64,000 nt of DNA, from NCBI GenBank assembly GCA_964402225.1, contig CAYOBQ010000012.1:20747-84746 (forward strand), read 5' to 3'. Position numbers and translations under genes: made by a program. The stretch comes from an uncultured Nannocystaceae bacterium. Its GTDB lineage: Bacteria > Myxococcota_A > Bradymonadia > UBA7976 > UBA1532. A model generated the notes under the pieces. The model was not told the origin of the DNA, made no database searches, and saw only the letters and a program-made list of their open reading frames with translations. This document shows, piece by piece, positions 29,083 to 41,240 of the stretch. The first letter of the stretch is position 1, and each line of letters starts with the position of its first letter.

Positions 29083-29251
29083 CTAGGACGGTGCGGCAGA
29101 CAAAGCGACCAAGTGATGTGCGTGCCCGCCAACCGAGTTCAAGGCGCGAAGCCGTAGCGATATCCGAAGATATCGGTAGGCTTCGCAACGCCGAAATCGG
29201 TTGGCGGGCGCGTGCAGCGCGCCGCGTCGCGACTCTGCCGCACCGTCCTAG
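29083..29251. mobile_element. Palindromic miniature element (MITE-like), copy 1
   Basis: CTAG on both sides; perfect 14-bp terminal inverted repeat gacggtgcggcaga/tctgccgcaccgtc; self-complementary interior; second copy at 48932-49100. Confidence 0.85.
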
Positions 29252-29309
29252 CCCCGCGCGGGGTTGGAATGGAACCCACATGGGCCGCCGTGGGCAGCCC
29301 GTGGGCGGC

Positions 29310-31398
<2,089 letters not shown>

Positions 31399-31406
<8 letters not shown>

Positions 31407-31995
31407 GGTTCATCGACTCCTGGGTGTCGGGTTTCGTGTTGATTTGGTTCATGGCGCGACGCACACCCTCACAGAGGGCGAGCCGTACGGCGTCTGCGGC
31501 GCGATCGATCAGGTCAGGGAGCCACGGTCGCTCGTCGGCGTTGAAATCGGAGAGCACGTAGTCGGCGACCTCGCCGTGCCGAGGGCGACCGACCCCGACG
31601 CGAAGGCGCGCGAACCCGTTGTCGCCCAGCTCGGCGACGAGGGAGCGCAGGCCATTGTGGCCAGCGTGGCCGCCGCCGATCTTGAGCCGGAGCGTGCCGA
31701 AGGGCAGATCGATCTCATCGTGCACCACGACGAGGCGCGCGAGATCGATATCGTAGAAGTTCCGGGCCGGCGCCACCGAACGGCCGCTGAGGTTCATGAA
31801 GGTCTGGGGCTCGAGCAGCACGACCGGCGCATCGGCGATGCGACCGGTGCCGAGGTGTCCCTTGAACTTCGTGCGGCCGAGGTCGATGCCGGCGTCTGAG
31901 GCCAGACGGTCCACCACCATGAACCCGACGTTGTGCCGGTTGCTCAGATAGCGTGGCTCGGGGTTACCGAGCCCGACGACGAGGTGGCGGTCCAT
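31399..31995 (-). CDS. pth: Peptidyl-tRNA hydrolase
   Basis: VGLGNP, RHNVGF, TFMNLSG, GHNGLRS. Confidence 0.96.
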
Positions 31996-32030
31996 GGGTG
32001 TTCGGCTGTCGGGTGGGCGCTCGAGGGATG

Positions 32031-32660
32031 CTACTCGTCCGCCGCCGACTCTTCGGCCGCGGCTTCGCCCGACTCCTCGCCCTCCTCCTCCTCCGCCAGA
32101 CGACCGCGCGGCTTCACGATCTTGACGACGACGTAGTCGCGCTCGAAGACCGGGGCCACGCCCTCGGGCAAAGCGAGCTCGCTCGCCATCACGCCGTCGT
32201 CGTGGTCGAATTCGGTGATGTCGATGACGATCTCGGCGGGCACGGCCTCGGGCAGGGCGCGGACCTTGACCTCACGGTACGGCTGGTTGACCACCCCACC
32301 CATCTGCACCCCGATGGAGCGACCGACGTGGCGCACCGGGACCGACGCGACCAAGGGGCGCGTGAGATCGGTGACGACCAGGTCGACGTGCATGATCTGG
32401 CGACCCACCGCGTGGCGCTGAATCTCGCGGACCAGGCATCGGTGCGTGGCGTCCCCGACGGCGACGTCGAAGACGGCGTTTGCCCCCTTGGGGTTCGCTA
32501 GCGCCGTGTCGAGCTCGCGCGGATCGAGGCTGACGGCGACCGCCGCCTCGAGCTGGTGGCCGTAGACGACGGCGGGGGTGCGCCCCTCGCGCCGTAGGCG
32601 GCGGGCTGGGCCCTTGCCCCCGGTCTCGCGGGGGAGCGTGGAGATGTGCGTGGGTTCCAT
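32031..32660 (-). CDS. rplY: 50S ribosomal protein L25 / Ctc
   Basis: GKGPARRLRREGRTPAVVYG, HVDL; start at 32660 or 32672. Confidence 0.93.
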   Translation of the reverse strand: MEPTHISTLPRETGGKGPARRLRREGRTPAVVYGHQLEAAVAVSLDPRELDTALANPKGANAVFDVAVGDATHRCLVREIQRHAVGRQIMHVDLVVTDLTRPLVASVPVRHVGRSIGVQMGGVVNQPYREVKVRALPEAVPAEIVIDITEFDHDDGVMASELALPEGVAPVFERDYVVVKIVKPRGRLAEEEEGEESGEAAAEESAADE

Positions 32661-32681
32661 GGTGGTCCTCATAGAGTTCGG

Positions 32682-33620
32682 TCAGACGAAGAGGCTGCTG
32701 ACCGAGTCAAAGTCGTGAATGCGTTTGATGGCCTCGCCGAAGAGGTCGGCAACGGAGAGCTGCTTGATCTTCGGGCAGGCGCGGCCGGCGGCCGTGAGCG
32801 GAATGGTGTTGGACACGATGACCTGCTCCAACACGCTCTCGTTGATTCGACCGATCGCGGGGCCCGAGAGGACGGCGTGCGTGGACACGCAGAAGACGCG
32901 CCCGGCCCCGAACTCGGTGAGCGCTCGCGCGCCCTGCACGAGGGTGCCCGCGGTGTCGATCATGTCGTCGATGATCACCGCGTCGCGGCCCTCGACGTCG
33001 CCGATGAGGTGCATGACCTCGGCGACGTTGGCCTGCTCGCGGCGCTTGTCGAGGATCGCGAGGGAGGCGCCGAGCCGCTTGGCATAGGCGCGCGCCCGCT
33101 CGACGCCACCGGCGTCGGGGCTCACGATCACCAGATTGTCGAGATCCAGGTTCCTCACGTGCTCGAGCATCACTGGGGAGCAGTAGAGGTGGTCCACGGG
33201 GCCGTTGAAGAAGCCCTGAATCTGGCCCGCGTGAAGCTCCATCGTGATGAGCCGCTCGGCCCCCGCCGCGGCGACGAGGTCGGTGACGAGCCGCGCGGAG
33301 ATGGGGGCGCGCGGCGCCGCCTTGCGATCCTGTCGGGCGTAGCCGAAGTAGGGCATGACGGCCGAAATGGAGCCCGCTGACGCGCGCTTGAGCGCGTCGA
33401 GCATGATCAGCAGCTCCATCAGGTGGTCATTGACCGGGGTGCAGGTGCTCTGCACCACATAGACGTCCGCGCCGCGCACCGACTCTTCGATCTCGACCCG
33501 CGTCTCGCCATCGGAGAAACGGCTCACGCGCGCGTTGCCGAGCGGCACCCCGAGGTAGGCGCAGATCTCGCGTGCCAACTCGGGGTTGGAGTTGCCGGCG
33601 AAGATTCTGACGGCTGCCAT
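32682..33620 (-). CDS. prs: Ribose-phosphate pyrophosphokinase
   Basis: FSDGE, PYFGYARQDRK, VSPDAGG, DDMIDTAGT. Confidence 0.97.
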   Translation of the reverse strand: MAAVRIFAGNSNPELAREICAYLGVPLGNARVSRFSDGETRVEIEESVRGADVYVVQSTCTPVNDHLMELLIMLDALKRASAGSISAVMPYFGYARQDRKAAPRAPISARLVTDLVAAAGAERLITMELHAGQIQGFFNGPVDHLYCSPVMLEHVRNLDLDNLVIVSPDAGGVERARAYAKRLGASLAILDKRREQANVAEVMHLIGDVEGRDAVIIDDMIDTAGTLVQGARALTEFGAGRVFCVSTHAVLSGPAIGRINESVLEQVIVSNTIPLTAAGRACPKIKQLSVADLFGEAIKRIHDFDSVSSLFV

Positions 33621-33660
33621 GGCGCGGGCCTCCGTGATCCAAGATGCGTAGCCGACGGGG

Positions 33661-33732
33661 CAGGGGCGGCAGGATTCGAACCTGCGACACCGGGAACCAA
33701 AATCCCGTGGCATACCACTAGCCTACGCCCCT
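33661..33732 (-). tRNA. tRNA-Gln(TTG), CCA not encoded
   Basis: Acceptor AGGGGCG/CGCCCCT, anticodon arm CGGGA-TTTTGGT-TCCCG, T arm GCAGG-TTCGAAT-CCTGC; canonical position upstream of prs. Confidence 0.95.
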
Positions 33733-33807
33733 TTATGCGTCGTAAGATCCCGAAACTATAGAGGAAACCTCTACCCGGGACCCTCATATCGGCACGCAGG
33801 GTGGAGG

Positions 33808-33836
33808 TTGATAGCACAAGGTCCTGGGGGTGTCAA
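33808..33836 (-). promoter_or_regulatory. sigma70-like promoter for the tRNA-Gln/prs operon: TTGACA-N17-TATCAA with extended TG
   Basis: Read directly on the minus strand. Confidence 0.65.
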
Positions 33837-33880
33837 CGCAGCCTCGGCTCGCCCGCACGGCGTTTGGCTCGGAGCGTGCT

Positions 33881-35914
33881 ATGACGGACGCGGTGTCCGC
33901 CGACGACGAGACCAGGACGGGGGTCGCGCTCGCCGCCGCCGGCGGCGCGCTCTACGCGTGGAGCGCTGCCCCGGGGCTGACCTGGCTCGACGCCGGGGAG
34001 CTGGGGGCGGCGGCGTGGGAGCTGGGGGTGGCCCACCCACCGGGCTTCCCCGTCTTCGCGCAGGTACACGCGGCCGTCATGCGACTCTTGCCCCTGGGCG
34101 ACGTCGCGTTCCGCGGGAACGTCGCGTCGGGCCTGTGGGCGGCGGTCACGTTGGGGTTGGTGTACGGCGCGGGCCGAGCGCTCGGCGCGGGGCGGCTGGC
34201 GACGGCGGCGGGGGCTGCGCTGCTGGCCTTGTCTCCATTGTGGGCGCTGCACGCGACGACGATCGAGGTCTACAGCGGGGCCGCGGCGATCGCGGCGGCG
34301 ATGGTCTGGGCAGCGGCGCGGGCGCGAGACGACGCCCGGTGGGGGCTGGCCGCGGCGTTGCTGGTGGGCCTGGCGGCGGGACACCACGCGGAGCTGCGGA
34401 TCTTCTCCTTGCTCGTGGTGCTAGCGGTGCTCGCGGCTCGGCGCGACCGGCGTGAGCTCGGTCTCAGCGCGGGCTTCGTCCTCTTGGGTGGCCTGGCGCT
34501 GCTACAGCTCCCGTTGCGCGCCGCCGCGCGCCCCTGGCGGAACTGGGGCGATCCCGCGAGCCCCGCGGCGCTGTGGGACCACGTCTCGGGCGCGCGCATC
34601 CGAATGGCCTACGCCGACGAGTTCGCGGTCTTCGATCTCGACGCCGTGGCCCAGCTCGGCGACCAGCTCGCGACCCACGCGCCGGTCCTCGTTCTCTTGG
34701 GCCTCGTGGGCTTCGCCCTCGCCGTTCGCCGGACGTGGCTGCTGCTGCTGGTGTGGGTGGCCGACTGCGTCTACGCGACGACGCTGAACCCGATGGGGCT
34801 GCGGGACCTCCAAAACGGGGTCCCCGGGTTGGTGATGCTCGCGATCGGGGCGGCGGTGGCCCTCGATTGGTCGATTCGCCGCGGGCGGTTGGCGGGCATC
34901 GGCGGCGCGGCCCTCGCGGTCGGGTTGACGGTGGCGTGGTCGGAGCCTCCCGGCGCGCGGCGCGCCGACCGAGGTCTGGCGCGGCTGATCGACGCCGGGT
35001 CCGACGCGGCCCCCCCCGAGGCCTTGGCGCTGGTCGCCAGCGACAGCTTCGCGTCGGGGTGGGCCTTCGCGCAGGTGGTCGAGGGCGCGCGGCCGGACCT
35101 GGCGGTGGTGGTACGCCAGCACGCCTGGGACGCGTCGTCGGTCGGACCCGTCCGGCGTCGCCTGCCATCGGCGCTGGCGGGGTGGCGGCCGGGGGCCGTG
35201 GTGAACGACCTGGCGCGACTGGGAGAGGGCGGCGTGGTCGTCTGGGAGTGGGCCGGCGGAGCGGTGTCCGAGGGTCGACCGGTGGGTATGGGCCCGCGCT
35301 TCCCGTGGTTCGTGCGGGGCGCCCCCGACGATGGCGCCTTCGCCCGGCGGGTCAGCGACGAGCCGACCACGAGCCGGGGCGCGCGGCGAGCGCTCGGCCG
35401 CTTGGCGACGGACTTGGGCTTGTATCGCCTGGGGCAGGGGCGCGCGGCGGACGCGGTGGCGGCGATGGAGCTCGCGGTGGAGACCGATCCGCTGGCCACC
35501 GCGCGTTGGACGAACCTCGGCGTCGCGCTCTCCAGCGCCGCCGACGCCGCCCGGCGAGGCGGCCGGCCGGAGGAGGGGCGGGCGCTACTCGAGGCCGCGG
35601 TGGAGCAGACCCGGCGGGGCTTGGCGCTCTCACCGCGGGACCGCGAGGGCGGCGTGAACCTGGCCCGCTACCTGGTCAACCTGGGGCACAGCGAAGCGGC
35701 GATGGAGGCGTTGGGCCCGCTGCTCGAGCGGGACCCGGGCGACCCGGAGGCCCTTGGCCTGCGGGGCGTGTTGCGCGGAAACGGGGGGGACCTGGTGGGC
35801 GCCTGCGAGGACTTCGAGGCGGCGTTGCGGCGCGACCCGAATCAGTCCGAGGCGAAGTACGGGCGACCGCTCGCCTGCGAGCGGCCGCCGAAGCGGACTA
35901 CAACGAGCCCTTGA
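33881..35914 (+). CDS. DUF2723 (TMEM260-like, GT-C) membrane protein with C-terminal TPRs
   Basis: DAGEL...LGVAHPPGFP, EVYS, NWGDP motifs; many TM helices; TPR tail. Confidence 0.85.
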   Translation: MTDAVSADDETRTGVALAAAGGALYAWSAAPGLTWLDAGELGAAAWELGVAHPPGFPVFAQVHAAVMRLLPLGDVAFRGNVASGLWAAVTLGLVYGAGRALGAGRLATAAGAALLALSPLWALHATTIEVYSGAAAIAAAMVWAAARARDDARWGLAAALLVGLAAGHHAELRIFSLLVVLAVLAARRDRRELGLSAGFVLLGGLALLQLPLRAAARPWRNWGDPASPAALWDHVSGARIRMAYADEFAVFDLDAVAQLGDQLATHAPVLVLLGLVGFALAVRRTWLLLLVWVADCVYATTLNPMGLRDLQNGVPGLVMLAIGAAVALDWSIRRGRLAGIGGAALAVGLTVAWSEPPGARRADRGLARLIDAGSDAAPPEALALVASDSFASGWAFAQVVEGARPDLAVVVRQHAWDASSVGPVRRRLPSALAGWRPGAVVNDLARLGEGGVVVWEWAGGAVSEGRPVGMGPRFPWFVRGAPDDGAFARRVSDEPTTSRGARRALGRLATDLGLYRLGQGRAADAVAAMELAVETDPLATARWTNLGVALSSAADAARRGGRPEEGRALLEAAVEQTRRGLALSPRDREGGVNLARYLVNLGHSEAAMEALGPLLERDPGDPEALGLRGVLRGNGGDLVGACEDFEAALRRDPNQSEAKYGRPLACERPPKRTTTSP

Positions 35915-36173
35915 GGGCCGAGGCGGCCTTGAATCCGATGGTGCTGCTGGCCGCGATCTGGATCTCGGCGCCGGTGCGGGGGTTGCGTCCCACGCGGGCG
36001 GCCCGGTCCTTCTTCGCGAAGGTGCCGAAGCCCGGCATGAAGAACTTCCCGTCGCCCTTCACCGAGCCGACGATGTTGTCGAACGTGGCGTCGATGAGGT
36101 CGCTGGTGGCCTTGAGGGTGAGGCCGTCGCCGGCCGCCTCGTGAACACGCGAAACGAGTTCTTGCTTGGTCAT
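35898..36173 (-). CDS. hup: HU-family DNA-binding protein
   Basis: MTKQELV, PGFGTF, RVGRNPRTG. Confidence 0.93.
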   Translation of the reverse strand: MTKQELVSRVHEAAGDGLTLKATSDLIDATFDNIVGSVKGDGKFFMPGFGTFAKKDRAARVGRNPRTGAEIQIAASSTIGFKAASALKGSL

Positions 36174-36187
36174 GTTCCGTCCCTTCC

Positions 36188-36463
36188 TTAGTTGACCGCG
36201 GCCTTCGCGTCGGGCGCAGGCTTGAAGTTGACGATCTTGGACTCGGGGATCTGGATCGCCTCGCCGGTGCGCGGGTTGCGACCCGTGCGCGCGGCCCGCG
36301 TCTTCACCGTGAAGGTGCCGAAGCCGGGGTGCGAGTAGCGGCCCTCGTTCTGGAGGGCGCCCGAGATCTGGCCGAACAAGGCGTCGACGACCTCGCCCAC
36401 CTTCTTCTTGGTGAGATCGGCTTGTCCCGACTGAACGCTGGCGATGATTTCTTTCTTCGTCAT
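36188..36463 (-). CDS. hup: HU-family DNA-binding protein
   Basis: MTKKEII, PGFGTF, RTGRNPRTG, FKPA. Confidence 0.93.
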   Translation of the reverse strand: MTKKEIIASVQSGQADLTKKKVGEVVDALFGQISGALQNEGRYSHPGFGTFTVKTRAARTGRNPRTGEAIQIPESKIVNFKPAPDAKAAVN

Positions 36464-36585
36464 TGTTTCCCGCCCCTCCCTGGGGTTGAAGGATGACACG
36501 CAACCGGCACCACATGCGCCGGCTGCAAGTTGAGGTTTCATGCGGTCTTGAGCGTTGTTCGCGCCGCACCGCTCGATGCGGGCGG

Positions 36586-36615
36586 ACCATATCGGCCCCA
36601 TTTTCTGGGTGTCAA
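36586..36615 (-). promoter_or_regulatory. sigma70-like promoter TTGACA-N18-TATGGT for the HU pair
   Basis: Read directly on the minus strand. Confidence 0.55.
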
Positions 36616-36816
36616 CCGGAAAAGAGGGAACGCCCGCAATGGCGCAAAAGCTTGCGCCGTGCGGTTCAGCGGGTCTTCGTGCGCGCCGCGGAAGGCGCTT
36701 GCGAAAGCAGAAGTCAACCCCTCACTTCGGCGGACTCGCTGGTGCAGGAAATCCCTTGATATTTCAATAGGTTCGTTGCTAGTCACCGCGTGCGCTTCCC
36801 AGGAATTGGAGATGGC

Positions 36817-37788
36817 ATGCGCGTTCTGGTCACCGGCGCGGCGGGGTTCATCGGGTCGCACACCTGCGATCGCCTGCTCGCCTCCGGGCACGTCGTGTGC
36901 GGGCTCGACAACCTCAACGAGTTCTATGATCCCGCCATCAAGGGGCGGAACCTCGCCGCCGCGAGGGCTCACGACCGCTTCGAGTGGGTGCAGGGCGACA
37001 TCCTCGACGCCGACGGCCTCGCCGATCTCTTCACCCGATTCCGCCCCGAGCGCGTGGTGCACCTCGCGGCGTGGGCCGGCGTTCGCCCCTCGATCGAGCG
37101 GCCGGGGCTCTACCAGAAGGTCAACATCGAGGGGACCACGAACCTGCTCGAGCGCTGCCGGGCCGACGGAGTGGATCGCTTCGTCTTCGCGTCGTCCTCA
37201 TCGGTCTACGGTGACCGGGAGCAGGTCCCCTTCCGCGAGACCGACAACGTCGACCACCCCATCTCGCCCTACGCCGCCACCAAGAAGGCCGGCGAGCTGC
37301 TCTGCTACACGTGGCACCACCTCTTCGGCCTCCACGCCCATTGCTTGCGTTTCTTCACCGTCTACGGACCCCGGCAGCGCCCGGAGATGGCCATCCACAA
37401 GTTCGCGCGGCTGATGAGCGCCGGCGAGCCGATCACGCTGTTCGGGGACGGCACCACGTCGCGGGACTACACCTATGTCGACGACATCGTCGACGGTATC
37501 GTGGCGTCGGTGGAGCGGGTGGAGGGTTACCGCGTCTACAACATCGGTGAGTCGAAGACGACCACGCTCTCGGAGTTGGTGGCCCACCTCGCCGAGGCCC
37601 TCGGGGTCGAGCCGCGCATCGAATACCTGCCGACCCAGCCGGGTGACGTCACGCGGACCTTCGCCGACGTCTCACGGGCCAGGGCGGAGTTGGACTACGA
37701 TCCGCAGATCGACATCGTCTCCGGCATCCGCCGCTTCGTCGACTGGTACCGTCAGACGGGGAGCGGCTCGCCACGCCCGACGGCGTAG
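36817..37788 (+). CDS. NAD-dependent epimerase (UDP-glucuronate 4-epimerase-like)
   Basis: [35 protein letters not shown]. Confidence 0.9.
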   Translation: MRVLVTGAAGFIGSHTCDRLLASGHVVCGLDNLNEFYDPAIKGRNLAAARAHDRFEWVQGDILDADGLADLFTRFRPERVVHLAAWAGVRPSIERPGLYQKVNIEGTTNLLERCRADGVDRFVFASSSSVYGDREQVPFRETDNVDHPISPYAATKKAGELLCYTWHHLFGLHAHCLRFFTVYGPRQRPEMAIHKFARLMSAGEPITLFGDGTTSRDYTYVDDIVDGIVASVERVEGYRVYNIGESKTTTLSELVAHLAEALGVEPRIEYLPTQPGDVTRTFADVSRARAELDYDPQIDIVSGIRRFVDWYRQTGSGSPRPTA

Positions 37789-39101
37789 TAGACGAACCCG
37801 CGCCCGCGCATGCGCTCGGGGTCGTAGAGGTTGCGGCCATCGAAGACCACCGGCGTCGCCATCCGATCCCGAAGCTGATCGAAGTCCGGGCGGCGAAAGA
37901 GGCTCCATTCGGTCACCACGCACAGCGCCTCGGCGCCATCGAGGCAGGCGTAGTGGTCGTCGAGCAGCTCGACGCGGTCCTCGAAGAGCGCTCGCGCGGT
38001 CGGCATCGCTTCGGGGTCGTGGGCCGCGACCACGGCGCCGGCCTCCAGCAGACCGCGGACCAGATCGAGGCTCGGCGCCTCGCGCATATCATCCGTTCGG
38101 GGCTTGAAGGACAGCCCCCAGACGGCGACGCGCTTGCCGCGGACGTCTCCGAAGTGGGCGAGGACCTTCTTCAACAGCACCCGCTTCTGATCCCCGTTGA
38201 CGGCGTCGACCGCCTCCAGGATGCGCAGCGGGTGGCCATGCGACGCGCCGGTGTGCACGAGCGCCTTGACGTCCTTGGGGAAGCAGGAGCCGCCGTAGCC
38301 GGTGCCCGGGAAGAGGAACTGGTAGCCGATGCGAGGGTCGGAGCCGATCCCGTTGCGCACCCTTTCGATGTCGGCGCCGACGCGCTCAGCGAGGTTCGCC
38401 AGGTCGTTCATGAAGCTGATCTTGGTCGCCAACAAGGCGTTGGCCGCGTACTTCGTCAGCTCGCTGTCGCGCACGCCCATGAAGAGGATCCGCTCGCGCG
38501 TGCGCGTGAAGGGCTCGTACAGCTCGCGGAGCACCTCGCGCGCGAGCTCACCAGCCGGCCCCTCGGGCGTGCCCATCACGACGCGGTCGGGCTTGAGGAA
38601 GTCGTTGACGGCGTCGCCCTCCTTGAGGAACTCCGGGTTCGAGCAGGCGACGAAGGGCTGCCTCGCCGTGCGCCCGATGATCTCGGCGACGCGATCGGTG
38701 GTGCCGACGGGCACGGTGGACTTCGTGAGCACCACCTTGTGGCCATCGACGAGGACGTTCTCCCCGCCGGCGAGGGCGCCGCCGATCGTCTCGGCGACGG
38801 CCTCGACGTAGCGCATCTCGGCGGCTCCGTCGTCGCCCTGCGGGGTGCCGACGGCGATGAAGACCACCGCCCCGGCGCGCACGGCGGCCTCGACGTCGGT
38901 GGTGAAGCGCAGCCGCCCGGCCTGGATGTTGGCGCCCACGAGATCGGCGAGGCCGGGCTCGAAGAAGGGGATCTCGCCACCACGGAGGAGCGCGACCTTG
39001 CGGGCGTCGATGTCCGCGCAGACGACGTCATTGCCCACGTTGGCGAGGCAGGCGCCGCAGACGAGACCGACGTATCCGCTGCCGAGTACCGTGATGCGCA
39101 T
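37752..39101 (-). CDS. ugd: UDP-glucose 6-dehydrogenase
   Basis: [39 protein letters not shown]. Confidence 0.95.
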   Translation of the reverse strand: MRITVLGSGYVGLVCGACLANVGNDVVCADIDARKVALLRGGEIPFFEPGLADLVGANIQAGRLRFTTDVEAAVRAGAVVFIAVGTPQGDDGAAEMRYVEAVAETIGGALAGGENVLVDGHKVVLTKSTVPVGTTDRVAEIIGRTARQPFVACSNPEFLKEGDAVNDFLKPDRVVMGTPEGPAGELAREVLRELYEPFTRTRERILFMGVRDSELTKYAANALLATKISFMNDLANLAERVGADIERVRNGIGSDPRIGYQFLFPGTGYGGSCFPKDVKALVHTGASHGHPLRILEAVDAVNGDQKRVLLKKVLAHFGDVRGKRVAVWGLSFKPRTDDMREAPSLDLVRGLLEAGAVVAAHDPEAMPTARALFEDRVELLDDHYACLDGAEALCVVTEWSLFRRPDFDQLRDRMATPVVFDGRNLYDPERMRGRGFVYYAVGRGEPLPV

Positions 39102-39188
39102 CGCAAGTCCCCCGTTGCTTCGGGCCGCTGGTTGTATGACATAGACGACCCCGCGGCAACGCGGGATGGCTCACGAGGGATTCGAGCG

Positions 39189-40364
39189 ATGGCGATCGTC
39201 GTCCAGAAATACGGTGGGAGCTCGGTCGCGACGCCAGCCCACGTGCGCCGCGTCGCGCGACGGGTGGTCGAGACCCGCCGGGACGGACACGACGTGGTGG
39301 TGGTCGTCTCGGCGATGGGCAACACCACCAACGAGCTGCTTGAGCTGGCGGCTTCGGTGAGCGAGAACCCGGAGCGTCGCGAGCTCGACATGTTGCTGAC
39401 CGTCGGCGAGCGCATCTCCATCTCGCTGCTGTCGATGGCGATCCACGACCTCGGCTACCCGGCGGTGTCCTTCACGGGGTCCCAAAGCGGCATCATCACC
39501 ACCGACAACCACACCAACGCGCGGATCATACGGGTGACGCCGGTGCGCGTGCGGCAGGCCCTCGACAATGGGCACATCGTCATCGTCGCGGGCTTTCAGG
39601 GGGTGAGCGAGCGGCTCGAGGTGACCAGCCTCGGGCGCGGCGGGACGGACACCACGGCGGTGGCCCTCGCCGCGGCGCTGGGGGCCGAATACTGCGAGAT
39701 CTGCAGCGACGTCGACGGAGTCTACTCCGCCGATCCGCGGGTGGTCCCCGACGCCCGACGGGCAGACGAGCTCTCCTACGACGAGATGCAGGTCCTCGCC
39801 GACGCCGGCGCCAAGGTGCTCAACGCCGAGGCCGTCGAGTGGGCGCGGCGCAGCGGGATCGAGATTCGCTGCGCCGCGACGGAGGGCGAGCGGCGGCCCG
39901 GCACGCGCATCCGCGAGGGGGCTTCGGGCGCGGATCCGCGGGTGATGGGCGTGACGGCCCACCCGGGCCTCTTCGTCCTCGGCCCGGAGTTCCCCGGCGA
40001 CGCGCCGCCCGCGGAGCTGGAGTCGACGCTGGTCGCCCACGGCGCCGCCGACGCCCAGGTGTGGCGCCTCCCGGGGGGCTGGTCGGCCCTGGTCCCTCGC
40101 CAGAACGTCCACGGACAGGCCGCCTTCCGCGAGGCGCTGGCGAGCCTGGGAGGGGTGGCGGTCCGGGAGGACCTGACGCTGGTGAGCGTCGTCGGGCGAG
40201 GGCTGGCGACGCCGCCGGGGAAGCTGACACCGGCCCGTCACGCCCTCACGGCGGCTGGGGTCGCGGTGGTCGGCCAGCTCGTCGAGCCGGGGCGCGTCGG
40301 CTTTCTGCTGGACGCCTCCCGCGGCGCCGTGGCCGTGGCCGCGCTACACGATGCCCTCGTTTGA
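39189..40364 (+). CDS. lysC: Aspartate kinase
   Basis: [34 protein letters not shown]; ACT-like tail is divergent. Confidence 0.92.
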   Translation: MAIVVQKYGGSSVATPAHVRRVARRVVETRRDGHDVVVVVSAMGNTTNELLELAASVSENPERRELDMLLTVGERISISLLSMAIHDLGYPAVSFTGSQSGIITTDNHTNARIIRVTPVRVRQALDNGHIVIVAGFQGVSERLEVTSLGRGGTDTTAVALAAALGAEYCEICSDVDGVYSADPRVVPDARRADELSYDEMQVLADAGAKVLNAEAVEWARRSGIEIRCAATEGERRPGTRIREGASGADPRVMGVTAHPGLFVLGPEFPGDAPPAELESTLVAHGAADAQVWRLPGGWSALVPRQNVHGQAAFREALASLGGVAVREDLTLVSVVGRGLATPPGKLTPARHALTAAGVAVVGQLVEPGRVGFLLDASRGAVAVAALHDALV

Positions 40365-41238
40365 CCTGCTCACGGGCGCGGGGGAAGATGTCGGCTCATC
40401 CCTTCCGTTGCTGCGGTTGAAGCGGACGCCACCCTCGGAGCCTGGATTGCATCGCCGTGACTTCCTCGCCACCGGTGCCCTCGGTCTGGTCGCCACCTGC
40501 GGCACGGCGCGGGGCATGGGGCGCAGCTCCGAGGTGGGCATCGCGCTGCTGAAGCACGGGAGCGGCTACGACGCGCGGCCGACGGCGGTCGAGCAGCTCA
40601 TGTGGGAGGTGAGCAAGCGCACCAGCGTCGACGTTCGGGAGCGTCCGGGGCTGGTCTCGCCCGACGATCCCGAGCTCTTCGAGTGGCCGTTTCTGGCGTG
40701 GCTCGGCGACGGCCCCTGCGAGCCCTTCAGCGACGCACAGGTCAAGCGACTGCGACGCTTCCTGCGCTCCGGCGGCTTCCTCTTCGTCGACGACCTCGCC
40801 GCCGACGACCGCTTCGACGAGAGCGCTCGCCGCGAGCTCGCGCGGATCTGGCCCGACGCGCGGCTGGGTCCAATCGACGACGACCACACGCTCTACCGCA
40901 CGTTCTTCTTGTTCGGCGGAAAGGGGCAGAGCCCGCCGGTGCGCGCCTACGGCCGTACGGCTCGGGTCGAGCGCCTCGAGGGCGTCCACTTCGATGACCG
41001 ATCGCCCATCCTGTACGGGCGCAACGACCTCTTCGGCGCATTTGGCCGCGACGACCTGGGGAGCTGGCACCTGCCCGTCGTGCCGGGAGGCGGCCGGCAG
41101 CGCGAGTTGGCCTTCCGCCTGGGCATCAACCTGCTGATGTACGCAACCTGCCTCAACTACAAACGCGACCAGGTGCACACCGTGGAGATCATGCGGCGGC
41201 GGCGCTGGAAGGTCAGCCGGCCTCCCGCCACACGCTAG
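40351..41238 (+). CDS. DUF4159 domain protein
   Basis: [35 protein letters not shown]; RRDFL twin-arginine-like leader, so the real start may be TTG at 40447. Confidence 0.85.
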   Translation: MPSFDLLTGAGEDVGSSLPLLRLKRTPPSEPGLHRRDFLATGALGLVATCGTARGMGRSSEVGIALLKHGSGYDARPTAVEQLMWEVSKRTSVDVRERPGLVSPDDPELFEWPFLAWLGDGPCEPFSDAQVKRLRRFLRSGGFLFVDDLAADDRFDESARRELARIWPDARLGPIDDDHTLYRTFFLFGGKGQSPPVRAYGRTARVERLEGVHFDDRSPILYGRNDLFGAFGRDDLGSWHLPVVPGGGRQRELAFRLGINLLMYATCLNYKRDQVHTVEIMRRRRWKVSRPPATR

Positions 41239-41240
41239 AT

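Noticed and set aside
29045-29281. N-terminal extension of the ATPase through the palindromic element
   Set aside because: ATPase homology starts at MPVNP (29044); the upstream open frame is explained by the stop-free element.
33661-33732. A1-U72 pair and missing CCA in tRNA-Gln as anomalies
   Set aside because: Both occur in many bacteria; no duplicated 3' end suggesting an integration site was seen.
37752-37788. Convergent 3' overlaps (epimerase/ugd; DUF2723/HU at 35898-35914)
   Set aside because: Short tail overlaps are ordinary in GC-rich genomes.
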